28,867 nucleotides of DNA from a virus (Duplodnaviria; Caudoviricetes). Each line of letters starts with the position of its first letter. Position 1 is the first letter of the stretch. The stretch lies in IMG/VR virus record IMGVR_UViG_3300025300_000071, positions 1 through 28,867 of that record; one strand, 5' to 3'. The notes beneath the pieces were generated by a model, which was not told the origin of the DNA, did not search any database, and worked only from the letters and a program-made list of their open reading frames with translations. The position numbers and the translations under genes are program-made. Shown piece after piece: positions 1 to 8,898 of the stretch.

Positions 1-1
1 A

Positions 2-247
2 CCGCTACCTATGGAAATGCAGATGGTTAATTTTGATTGGGAGATATTGACCCCCGATATAATGAGAGAATACCTGCAACTGATTGAAGAAGGAAAGGCA
101 CCCAAACAAGCCTATTACGCACTAACCACTAAAGACTATGAAAATATTAGCAATAATATGGCAGAAATTAAGCGTTATACGAGAGATATTTTGGCGATTG
201 TTGAGTATTACAGAAGTCTTGATGACGAGGAAGAAGACGATGGATAA
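2..247 (+). CDS. 5'-truncated probable outer-membrane spanin (Rz1/T4 PseT.2-like)
   Basis: Frame is open from the window edge; C-terminal EIKRYTRDILAIVEYYR resembles the KRY...YYR pattern I recall for T4 PseT.2; lies directly upstream of the lysozyme; lipobox would be outside the window. Confidence 0.5.
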   Translation, partial: PLPMEMQMVNFDWEILTPDIMREYLQLIEEGKAPKQAYYALTTKDYENISNNMAEIKRYTRDILAIVEYYRSLDDEEEDDG

Positions 248-680
248 AGACCAGTTAATGAAAGAGCTTATTGCTGATGAAGGATTTGAATACGAAATCT
301 ATTTAGATCATCTTGGCTATCCCACACTAGGGGTAGGTCATCTAATAACTGAGAAAGATGAAGAACACGGAAAGCCTGTAGGAACTCCTGTTTCTGAGCA
401 AAGGATCAGAGAGTGTCTGGATAACGATATAAAAATAGTTTGTGATGAATTAGATATGAAAGAGCCTTGGTGGAGAAATCTTAGTGATAATCACCAGAGA
501 GTAATAGCAAATATGTGTTTTAATTTAGGACACCCACGTTTCAATAAATTTAAAAATTTTATTCAGGCTATGCAGACTTCCGACTGGGAACGAGCTGCTG
601 AAGAAATGATGGATTCTAAGTGGTCAAGTCAAGTGGGTGACAGAGCAATACGTTTAAGAAATAGAGTATTACAAGGATAA
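240..680 (+). CDS. Endolysin, T4-like lysozyme (GH24)
   Basis: DEGFEYEIYLDHLGYPTLGVGHL has the E-x8-D-x5-T triad; NMCFNLG and SKWSSQVGDRA motifs; likely start is ATG 240 after GAGGAAG rather than 138. Confidence 0.93.
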   Translation: MDKDQLMKELIADEGFEYEIYLDHLGYPTLGVGHLITEKDEEHGKPVGTPVSEQRIRECLDNDIKIVCDELDMKEPWWRNLSDNHQRVIANMCFNLGHPRFNKFKNFIQAMQTSDWERAAEEMMDSKWSSQVGDRAIRLRNRVLQG

Positions 681-2542
681 TGTTAAAAAAGTATATTTTT
701 AAACCGGGAATAGACAGGGAAGGAACTTCTTATTCAGAAGAAGGTGGTTGGTATGATGCTGACAAAATTCGTTTTAGAAGCGGTTTGCCTGAAAAAATAG
801 GCGGTTGGCAAAAGAATACTACTAATACTTTTATAGGTACTTGCCGAAATATGCACTCTTGGAGAGATCAAGCACAGACTGATTATTTGGGGTTAGGAAC
901 TCATTTAAAATTATATGTAAAAGAAGGTGCTGATTTTAACGATATCACTCCAATTCGGGCTACTACTTCAGCAGGAGATGTTACATTTTCAGCAAGTAAT
1001 GGAGATGCAACTATAACTGTAACTGATTCAAGTCATGGAGCAGTACAAAATGACTTTGTAACCTTTAGTGGTGCAGCTACTTTGGGTGGCAATATCACTG
1101 CTACGGTACTCAACCAAGAATATCAAATTGCTACCATTGTTGATACGAACAGCTACACCATAGAAGCCAAAGACACTGATGGAGATGAAGTTACGGCTAA
1201 TAGCAGTGACAGTGGTAATGGTGGAAGTTCTGTTGTTGGAGCGTATCAAATTAATGTTGGTATAATTAACTACGTTTCATCTACTGGTTGGGGTGCAGGA
1301 CTTTGGGGTGCTGGTACTTGGGGGGCTGTTACAGCTATCACTGATACTAACCAATTACGCTTGTGGTCATCGGATAATTTTGGAGATGATTTAATAAGTT
1401 GTGTAAGACTTGGAGGAATTTATTATTGGGACGAATCTTCAGGTACTGGCACTAGAGCAATACCTTTTACTAGCTTGGGCAGTGCAAGCAATCCTCCTAC
1501 CAAAGCTCTACAGATAATGGTATCTGATGTAGATAGGCATATTATTTGCTTTGGCTCTAATCCGATTGGTTCTTCTGATTTAGACCCTCTATTGGTTAGA
1601 TGGTCAGACCAAGAAAGTGCTATTGATTGGACTCCTACTTCTACCAATACGGCAGGAGGACAAAAGTTATCTTCAGGTTCTACTATTATAGGAGCTATAA
1701 GAACTCGTCAGGAAATATTGATTTGGACTGATGTGGGAATGCAATCCATGAGATTTGCGGGAGCACCTTTCATTTTTACTTTCAATGAAATAACAGAAGG
1801 ACCTTCATTGATTTCTCCTAACGCTGCTGTTAATGCCGATAATCGAGTATTCTTTATGGATAGAGGTGGTTTCTATATGTACACAGGAACAGTGCAAGCT
1901 CTTAATTGTGACGTACAGGACTATATTTATTCCGATATAAATTTAGGTCAAGCATATAAAGTATTTGGATCAAGTAATGTAGATAAGAATGAAATTATAT
2001 GGTTTTATTGTTCAGAAAGTTCTGATGAGATTGATCGTTATGTTATCTATAATTATTTAGAGAATGTCTGGTCAATAGGAACTAACACGGATTCATTTAC
2101 CCGAACCGCATGGATAGAAGCACCCGCTTTGCAATTTCCACTTGGTGCGGGTAAAACATCTGGTAGCGATGAGAATTATCTCTATGACCAAGAAAGAGGA
2201 GATGATGCTGACGGTAGTGCGATGACCGCTTATATTGAGAGTGCTGACTTTGATCTGGAACCAGATGGAGATAGGTTTATGTTTTTAAGTCGGATCATAC
2301 CCGACTTGAAGTTTAAGAATTCTGATTCAGATGACACGGTAACGATTACAGTAAAAGGTACAGACTATCCATTAACTACTGCGACTACATTAACAACCAG
2401 TGATGTTACTCCAAGTTATACACAGGCTTTTATAAGAGCACGATCAAGGCAAACAATTCTTAGATTTGAGAGCAGTGGATTGGGTTACGGGTGGAGATTG
2501 GGAGCAACACGAATAGATATGCGATCTGACGGAAGGAAATAA
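680..2542 (+). CDS. Tail nozzle / packaged-DNA stabilisation protein (P22 gp10 / tail tubular B-like)
   Basis: 620 aa, beta-propeller-like motifs (LVRWSDQE, EILIWTD, EIIWFY, YNYLENVW, WRLG at C-terminus); inserted beta domain VTDSSHG...FVTFSGA; gene position. Confidence 0.75.
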   Translation: MLKKYIFKPGIDREGTSYSEEGGWYDADKIRFRSGLPEKIGGWQKNTTNTFIGTCRNMHSWRDQAQTDYLGLGTHLKLYVKEGADFNDITPIRATTSAGDVTFSASNGDATITVTDSSHGAVQNDFVTFSGAATLGGNITATVLNQEYQIATIVDTNSYTIEAKDTDGDEVTANSSDSGNGGSSVVGAYQINVGIINYVSSTGWGAGLWGAGTWGAVTAITDTNQLRLWSSDNFGDDLISCVRLGGIYYWDESSGTGTRAIPFTSLGSASNPPTKALQIMVSDVDRHIICFGSNPIGSSDLDPLLVRWSDQESAIDWTPTSTNTAGGQKLSSGSTIIGAIRTRQEILIWTDVGMQSMRFAGAPFIFTFNEITEGPSLISPNAAVNADNRVFFMDRGGFYMYTGTVQALNCDVQDYIYSDINLGQAYKVFGSSNVDKNEIIWFYCSESSDEIDRYVIYNYLENVWSIGTNTDSFTRTAWIEAPALQFPLGAGKTSGSDENYLYDQERGDDADGSAMTAYIESADFDLEPDGDRFMFLSRIIPDLKFKNSDSDDTVTITVKGTDYPLTTATTLTTSDVTPSYTQAFIRARSRQTILRFESSGLGYGWRLGATRIDMRSDGRK

Positions 2543-2544
2543 TT

Positions 2545-2745
2545 ATGGCAGGAAAGAATCCAGTACCCTTACCCGTTGCTCCACTTGAATACAATTCAGC
2601 TAATGAGTCTATGACTCGTAGACAACTGGAACAGATAATACAGAATTTGCAGACTGAAGTTACTTTATTAAAAAATATGACAGAAAGCGTAACCAGTAAA
2701 TCTGTTAAAAGACATCAGTTTTTGTTAATGGGAGCTAAACAATGA
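2545..2745 (+). CDS. Small virion-associated protein with short coiled coil
   Basis: 66 aa, coupled between structural genes; LPVAPLEY followed by an amphipathic helix. Confidence 0.65.
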   Translation: MAGKNPVPLPVAPLEYNSANESMTRRQLEQIIQNLQTEVTLLKNMTESVTSKSVKRHQFLLMGAKQ

Positions 2746-3080
2746 CGGATACTTTAAAAGTATTGGGTCAGGTAGACCCTGCAGCTACTACTACTACAAC
2801 TTTATATACGGTTCCAGACCTGACGCAAACAACAATAAGTTCTATTGTGGCAGCGAATAGGACTGGTTCTGCCATTACATTTAGGTTAAGCGTTCATGTA
2901 GGCGGTGCTTCTGCTGATGATAAACAGTATCTGTATTATGATAAATCGGTTGCAGCTAATGATTCTCTAACTATAGTGATAGGGATAACGCTTAATCAAG
3001 ATGATGTTTTAAAAGTTTATACGAGTGCAGTAGATATGAGTTTTAATGTATTTGGATGTGAAACCAAAGAGGAAAGATAA
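2742..3080 (+). CDS. Small beta-rich virion structural protein
   Basis: 112 aa; TLYTVP...ISSIVAAN...ITLNQDDVLKV pattern typical of phage jelly-roll virion proteins; ATGA overlap with the upstream gene. Confidence 0.7.
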   Translation: MTDTLKVLGQVDPAATTTTTLYTVPDLTQTTISSIVAANRTGSAITFRLSVHVGGASADDKQYLYYDKSVAANDSLTIVIGITLNQDDVLKVYTSAVDMSFNVFGCETKEER

Positions 3081-3081
3081 T

Positions 3082-5976
3082 ATGGATGCTAGAAGACAAG
3101 CACAGCAATTAGCAGGAATGGGTCGTTATGGCGACACAATGCTTATGCACGTTAATCCAAAGGAAGTAGAGGGCATAGCTTCTTTAATACCAATAACGAC
3201 TAACCCCCAGACAGGACAGCCTGAGATGTTTATAGGAGCTTTATTGGGAAGCTTACTCGGAAGTACCTTCCTGCCGGGATTAGCTGGAGGTTCTATGTTA
3301 GGGGCTGCGGGAGCAGGAGCGATAGGTTCAGCACTCGGAACGTGGGCAGAGACAGGTGATCTTGAGAAAGGAATTATGTCTGGAATTATGGGCTATGGTT
3401 TAGGAAGTGTATTTGGAGAGGTAGGCTCTGGTTCAGAAGCTTTAGGAGAGATAGCTTCAGAAGAATCTCTTAAAGCAGCAGCCCTACAAACACCAGTGCC
3501 GACACAATGGGTAGCAGAACGAGCAGCACAAACAGCAGGAGAAGAAGTAAGCAAAGAAGCCATGTCAGATTGGATAGCTCAAAGCGGAACAGAAAGACTT
3601 GGAGATATAGGAAGAAATTTATTTAGTAAAAATACTTTAAGTTCTTTATCCGAAAACTATTTACCCATCGCTTTAGGGGGCGGTTCATTGGGTGCTCAAG
3701 AAGCCCAAGAACAATTTGAAAGAGATATGGCAGAATGGCGAGCAGGAAAAGGCAAAAGAAGAGAGGAGCTTTTAGCGAAATACCCCGAACAAATCTCTCC
3801 TCGATCTCCTTATTATCAACCGCCCTTATACGGTGCTCAAGGAGGACAGATACCCCACTACGAAGAAGGAGGACAGTTATCTTCTGCTCCGGGAGGAACA
3901 CAAATTATTACTGATACATCACTCTATCCTTGGATGAATGATGACACAGGTGATGACACAGGTGATGACACATCTGATACTTCCAATATTTGGGGCAACC
4001 CTCCTGCTTATACTCCCCCAGAGCCAAGTATCTTTGCAGATGCCCCAACGGGCAGTGTGCTGGAAAGATACAATCAAGCTAATGCTGCTGGATTACCACT
4101 TCATACCACATTAAAAAGTCCATTTGCCAAATCAGGTCTTGCACCTTGGCAAATGCAACCAGTTGCACAAACCGATGAAGCTGGAGAGATAGTCTATGAT
4201 GATGATGGCAATATTGTTTATACAGAAAGTCCATACTTGTATGGACCCGAAGGACAACTTATTCCTCCTAAAACTTATATGCCCGGCATTGATCCTGAAT
4301 TCAACTACTTTCCCGGAAGAGTCAGAAGTGCTGGTTCAATAACTGGTGGTGGCAGTGGCACTGATGGTGGTGGCAGTGACACTGATTATGAAACAGAAAC
4401 TGGTGGTACTGGCGATTCATCACTTCAAGAGTACATCAACAATTTACTTGCAACTGGAGGTTATAGTGAGCAAGATTGGTTGGATTATATTAGTGGTTTA
4501 GGTCCAGATATAACAGGCTTTATGTCCGAGCAGGATTTCCAAGACTGGTATGCAGGTCAAGACTTTTCACAATATGCAACAAACCAAGATTTCCAAGACT
4601 GGTTAAGTAATCAAGACTGGTCACAATATCAGAACCAAGATTTCCAAAATTGGTATGATCAATTTGATTGGGGTCAATTTGCAACAAACCAAGATTTCCA
4701 AGACTGGTTAAGTAATCAAGATTGGTCACAATATCAGAACCAAGATTTCCAAAACTGGTATGACCAATTTGACTGGGGTCAGTTTGCGACAGATCAGGAT
4801 TTCCAAGACTGGTTAAATAATCAAGATTGGTCACAATATGGAAATGAAGATTTCCAAGACTGGTATAGTCAATTTGACTGGGATCAGTTTGCAACAAATC
4901 AGGACTTCCAAGATTGGATAAGTGGTCAAGACTTTTCACAATTTGCAACAAAGCAGGACTTCCAAGATTGGATGAATAATATTGATTGGTCACAATATGC
5001 AACAAATCAGGATTTCCAAGACTGGACGAATAGTATTGACTGGGATCAATTTGCAACAGATCAGGAATTTCAAGACTGGTCAAGCGGTCAAGACTTTTCA
5101 AAATTTGATCCAACATCTTACGATTGGAAGGATATATTTGATCAATACGCAGGTGGTCAGGGATTCGATCCATATAGTTTTCTCTACGATCCTAAGAGAG
5201 ATTTTTCGGGTTCTACAGATGATCCTCAGGGAGGCGGTAATGATGAACAAATGGCGATGCAGGGAGGTGGTCAGATAGAAATGCAAGCAGGAACAGAAAT
5301 TCCTGTAGATGCTGAACCTCTTGGCGAATATGCTGAAGATTTGCCTCTTACAAATTATATTTTTAGTTTATCAAAACCAGAACAAAGCTTCCTGCTAGAC
5401 AAGTTAATAGGCTTGACTGGGTTTACAGTAGGTAGCTTTGAATCTATTCCTTTCTTTGTAAAAAGATTAATAACTACGGGGAGCTTAAATAAGCCCGAGG
5501 TACAAGCAGTAATAAAAGAAAGTATGAGAGATACGGCAATGCAACAACCTGTTGAACAGATACCTCCACAACAAGAATTGCAAGAACAAGTTATAGCTGC
5601 TGTATTGGGTCAACACCCTGATCCAGATTCAGTTATACAAGCTTTTATAGAAAAATACGGAATAGATGCTTTCCTTCAACTTAGGGATTCTGTCCTACAG
5701 CAACAAGTACCTAATGCCCAGACAGAAGGCATCATTTCAGGACAGGGTGGGGGTATGGATGATATGGTTAATGGCATGATCGGTAATCAGCAAGGTATCG
5801 CAGTTTCTCCCGGAGAATATATAGTTCCTGCGGATGTCGTTTCCATGTTAGGTGATGGCAGTAGCGATTCAGGTGCCGATAAGCTTGATGGAATGTTAGA
5901 GAAAATTCGGGTTAATAAGACAGGAACTACAGTACAGGCTGAAGAGATTGATGAGCAGGAGGTATTACCCACATGA
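3082..5976 (+). CDS. Large internal virion/ejection-type protein with glycine-zipper N-terminus and W/Q/D tandem repeats
   Basis: Likely start ATG 3082 just after the upstream stop; N-terminal GRYGDTMLMHVNP...NPQTGQPE; Gly-zipper segment; C-terminal GQGGGMDD...SPGEYIVPADVV domain. Confidence 0.75.
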   Translation: MDARRQAQQLAGMGRYGDTMLMHVNPKEVEGIASLIPITTNPQTGQPEMFIGALLGSLLGSTFLPGLAGGSMLGAAGAGAIGSALGTWAETGDLEKGIMSGIMGYGLGSVFGEVGSGSEALGEIASEESLKAAALQTPVPTQWVAERAAQTAGEEVSKEAMSDWIAQSGTERLGDIGRNLFSKNTLSSLSENYLPIALGGGSLGAQEAQEQFERDMAEWRAGKGKRREELLAKYPEQISPRSPYYQPPLYGAQGGQIPHYEEGGQLSSAPGGTQIITDTSLYPWMNDDTGDDTGDDTSDTSNIWGNPPAYTPPEPSIFADAPTGSVLERYNQANAAGLPLHTTLKSPFAKSGLAPWQMQPVAQTDEAGEIVYDDDGNIVYTESPYLYGPEGQLIPPKTYMPGIDPEFNYFPGRVRSAGSITGGGSGTDGGGSDTDYETETGGTGDSSLQEYINNLLATGGYSEQDWLDYISGLGPDITGFMSEQDFQDWYAGQDFSQYATNQDFQDWLSNQDWSQYQNQDFQNWYDQFDWGQFATNQDFQDWLSNQDWSQYQNQDFQNWYDQFDWGQFATDQDFQDWLNNQDWSQYGNEDFQDWYSQFDWDQFATNQDFQDWISGQDFSQFATKQDFQDWMNNIDWSQYATNQDFQDWTNSIDWDQFATDQEFQDWSSGQDFSKFDPTSYDWKDIFDQYAGGQGFDPYSFLYDPKRDFSGSTDDPQGGGNDEQMAMQGGGQIEMQAGTEIPVDAEPLGEYAEDLPLTNYIFSLSKPEQSFLLDKLIGLTGFTVGSFESIPFFVKRLITTGSLNKPEVQAVIKESMRDTAMQQPVEQIPPQQELQEQVIAAVLGQHPDPDSVIQAFIEKYGIDAFLQLRDSVLQQQVPNAQTEGIISGQGGGMDDMVNGMIGNQQGIAVSPGEYIVPADVVSMLGDGSSDSGADKLDGMLEKIRVNKTGTTVQAEEIDEQEVLPT
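4519..5103 (+). repeat. Eleven in-frame 51/54-bp tandem repeats, consensus [FY]ATNQDFQDWxxxxD[WF]xQ
   Basis: Read directly from DNA and translation: eight 18-aa and three 17-aa units; units 2-7 form a 105-bp higher-order repeat. Confidence 0.95.
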
Positions 5977-6467
5977 ACCAAGCAGAAGTAGCTTTATTTG
6001 AAGAGGATACTAATTATGTTGAGATCAAGGAAAGTGATCCTGATTACATTATAACTTTAGTTCCTGCTCACTATATTCATACGGTTTGGGAAGATGTTGA
6101 GCCACATTTAGAAAAGGCAGTCATCAAGTCAGGAGGTCGCTGGACAATTAATTCTGTGCATGAAGCCTTGTTAAAAGATGAACAACAATTATGGGTTACG
6201 TTTAATAATGATAATGACATATTGGGAGTAGCCACTACTCAATTTGTTAGATACCCCAATAGTTTAATGTGTGCTATTCAGTACATAGGTGGTAATGAGT
6301 TTAAAGAATGGGCTTTCATGCTGGGAATGAAGCTGGAAGCATGGGCAAAAGATTCTGGTTGTGACGGTATTGAAGGTACAGCTAGATTCGGTTTTTGGAA
6401 ATGGTTAAGTCGTCTTAAATGGAAGAAGGCTTATACGGTATTTGAAAAGAGGTTTAACAATGAGTAA
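5973..6467 (+). CDS. GNAT-fold virion assembly protein (position of P22 gp14 / T7 gp13)
   Basis: QLWV...GVATTQ...YIGG...EAWAKDSGCDGIEGTARFGFWK; lies immediately before the ejection genes. Confidence 0.7.
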   Translation: MNQAEVALFEEDTNYVEIKESDPDYIITLVPAHYIHTVWEDVEPHLEKAVIKSGGRWTINSVHEALLKDEQQLWVTFNNDNDILGVATTQFVRYPNSLMCAIQYIGGNEFKEWAFMLGMKLEAWAKDSGCDGIEGTARFGFWKWLSRLKWKKAYTVFEKRFNNE

Positions 6468-7377
6468 AGGCGGAGGCGGTGGTCCACAAGAAACCACATC
6501 AACGGTAACACAAACTAATTTACCTGAATACGCACAGCCGTATTTTGAGAGGTTATTAACTCGTACAGAGGAAGAATCTACTACACCCTATACCCCTTAC
6601 GGTGGACAACGATTCGCAGAATTTGACCCCTATCAAGAGTTAGCATTTACTGGGGCTGCAGGGATGGCAGCAGCGGGGACACCTTGGCAGATGCAACAAG
6701 CTTCTGACATAGCTTCCAAAGTCGGCTATCAAGACCCCACTGCTCAAATGACTGCTGATGAGATTACTTCTTATACCAATCCTTATCAACAGAAAGTTAC
6801 GGATATAGAACTAAGACAAGCACAATCACAAGCAGATGCTGCAAAAGCTAGACTTGGATTGCAAGCTGCAGGTGCAGGAGGATTAGGCGGTTATCGGGAA
6901 GGTATAGAGCAAGCCGAACTAGCAAAAAATGCTGCTCAATTACAAGCCGACATACAAACCAGAGGTTCCCAGAGAGGTTATGATATGGCAAGACAAGCGT
7001 GGGAGTCTGATAGACTAGCGAAAGCACAGCAAATGCAACAACGAATGGGAGCAGCACAACAGTTAGGCGGTTTAGGACAATTAGACCAACAAGCCGAGAT
7101 GCAACGACTACAACAATTAGGTCAAGCAGGTGCAGCTAGACAAGCACAACAGCAAGGAATATATGATCTCGGTTATCAGCAGTTTCAAGATCAGTTAGCT
7201 TATCCCAGACAACAACTTGGATTCTATTCACAAATACTCAGAGGATTGCCAGTACAGCCCGGTACACAGGTTTCTCAATATTTACCTAGACCTTCTACCG
7301 CACAGAATATGCTCGGTTTAGGACTCGGTGGTTTAGGACTTTATCAAGCCCTCGGTGGCGGAGGAGGAATGGGTTAA
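6460..7377 (+). CDS. DNA ejection / internal virion protein (P22 gp7-like position)
   Basis: Likely start ATG 6460 after GAGG; MSKGGGGG, YTNPYQQKV, Q/A/G-rich helices, C-terminal Gly-zipper. Confidence 0.75.
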   Translation: MSKGGGGGPQETTSTVTQTNLPEYAQPYFERLLTRTEEESTTPYTPYGGQRFAEFDPYQELAFTGAAGMAAAGTPWQMQQASDIASKVGYQDPTAQMTADEITSYTNPYQQKVTDIELRQAQSQADAAKARLGLQAAGAGGLGGYREGIEQAELAKNAAQLQADIQTRGSQRGYDMARQAWESDRLAKAQQMQQRMGAAQQLGGLGQLDQQAEMQRLQQLGQAGAARQAQQQGIYDLGYQQFQDQLAYPRQQLGFYSQILRGLPVQPGTQVSQYLPRPSTAQNMLGLGLGGLGLYQALGGGGGMG

Positions 7378-7379
7378 TT

Positions 7380-8897
7380 ATGAATATAGTACAACTAGAA
7401 GACGACATAAAATCATTACCTGATGACAGGTTAATGACTGAAATGCAAGCACCTACTGGTGGTTTTCCACAGTATCTGGTGTTATCCGAAATCAAACGCA
7501 GGAAACAAATGAGAGACGACTACAAAGGTCGTATGGCAGCCCATGAAAAGACTCCACCTCGTCCTACTATAGCGGAAGAAACAGTTCAAGAAGGTATCTC
7601 TAGTATTATGCCCAGTAATATGTCCCAAGGAGCACCCCCACAAGGGATGCCTATGGCTCAAGGAATGCCCGTTAATCAACCCGCTTCCATAGAAGGCGGA
7701 GGACTAGAATCCCTAATGCCTCAAGGTCAAGGAATGCCTCAAGGAATGCCTATGAGAATGGAAGGTGGAGGAAGATTACCTCCTTTTGGAATTTTAGGGG
7801 CACTTGAGGCTGGTATAGAAAGCGATACATCAATGGGGGGAATGCTCCCAGCACTCTATGAATATTACATGAAGAAAAAAGAAGAAGAAGAAGAAGAAGA
7901 AGAAGGTATGGCAGGTGGCGGTAGAACCAACCGAGTCATGTTGGGTAAAACAAATTATCAGGATGCCACACTCGGTCTAGGGGGAATACCTCAACTAGGG
8001 GGGATGCCTCAATTTGACCCTTCCCTCTATGGGCAAACGGAAGCAGAAAAAGCTTATCAAGAAATGATGTTAGATTACTATTCCCCTGAAAGAAGAAAAG
8101 AAAGGGATAAATTTAGTAAAGGGATGAATATGCTCAGAGCAGGATTAGCCGTTGGTACTGCGAGAACTCCAGAACAGTTATCAGCAAGTATGGGTCCCGT
8201 TATAGAGGGAGCTATTTCACGAAGAGCGGCAGGAGAAAAAGAAGATTTAGCGTTAGCAGGTGCACAATCAACAATGGCTCAAGCAGAAAGAGATAGACAA
8301 CTCAAGTTGGCTCAATTAGGAATTCAAGCTAAACAGGCAGAGGCTTATGGACAATACATGACTAAGCCTGATGCGTTCACTGTGAAAACCCAGATAGTTC
8401 GGGAATTAGCAGGAAGTGGTCCTCCCGGTGGAAAAGCAGGAACCTCAGATAATGAATTTGTTATATGGGAACAAGTGATGGAAGAGGGTGTTCCTAAATT
8501 AGATGCACAAGGAAGTCCCGTCCTTGAATCAAAATTAACGGAACGAGGTGCGAGGTTTGCAGGTGAACTTTCTCAACAAGGAACTATTATAAGTGCCGAA
8601 ATGAGACACGAAGCTGCACTTTGGGATCAGGCTACAGAGTATGTGGAGAATCAGTCAAACATCATGGATGTTGTAAATGATCCTAAAGAAATCATGCGTA
8701 TAGCCAAGGCAACTTATGGACCAAATCCAACTCAAGAACAGCTAGATGAAATAGAAAAAATACGAAAAAATCAGGCTATTTACGATGCAGTTCAAGCCAT
8801 AAAAAAATCTACTAGAATAAAGCAACAGGGAGGGGGCAGGGTATTGTCCACCCCTACTCCAGTAGGATTGCCTTCCGTTCAACAAATGCTGGAGTAA
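7380..8897 (+). CDS. DNA ejection / internal virion protein (second)
   Basis: 505 aa, helical and low-complexity (QGMP repeats, K3E8 run); lies between the gp7-like and giant ejection genes. Confidence 0.7.
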   Translation: MNIVQLEDDIKSLPDDRLMTEMQAPTGGFPQYLVLSEIKRRKQMRDDYKGRMAAHEKTPPRPTIAEETVQEGISSIMPSNMSQGAPPQGMPMAQGMPVNQPASIEGGGLESLMPQGQGMPQGMPMRMEGGGRLPPFGILGALEAGIESDTSMGGMLPALYEYYMKKKEEEEEEEEGMAGGGRTNRVMLGKTNYQDATLGLGGIPQLGGMPQFDPSLYGQTEAEKAYQEMMLDYYSPERRKERDKFSKGMNMLRAGLAVGTARTPEQLSASMGPVIEGAISRRAAGEKEDLALAGAQSTMAQAERDRQLKLAQLGIQAKQAEAYGQYMTKPDAFTVKTQIVRELAGSGPPGGKAGTSDNEFVIWEQVMEEGVPKLDAQGSPVLESKLTERGARFAGELSQQGTIISAEMRHEAALWDQATEYVENQSNIMDVVNDPKEIMRIAKATYGPNPTQEQLDEIEKIRKNQAIYDAVQAIKKSTRIKQQGGGRVLSTPTPVGLPSVQQMLE

Positions 8898-8898
8898 C

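Noticed and set aside
138-239. N-terminal SAR/signal-like extension on the lysozyme
   Set aside because: It overlaps the upstream gene out of frame; ATG 240 has an RBS and gives a normal-length T4-like lysozyme
3940-4386. Short tandem duplications (12-bp DDTG units at 3940-3972; 21-bp GGGSxTD pair at 4345-4386)
   Set aside because: Ordinary in-frame slippage in disordered linkers
4519-5103. CRISPR-like repeat/spacer appearance (conserved caagatttccaagactgg core)
   Set aside because: Periods are multiples of 3, the intervening parts are themselves similar, variation is codon-patterned, it lies within a long ORF and no cas genes are present
4520-5173. 217-aa antisense ORF
   Set aside because: It coincides with the repeat array, so it is a stop-free shadow of the repeats with no operon context
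7881-7904. (GAA)8 tract as a phase-variation site
   Set aside because: A trinucleotide unit keeps the frame and only encodes poly-Glu
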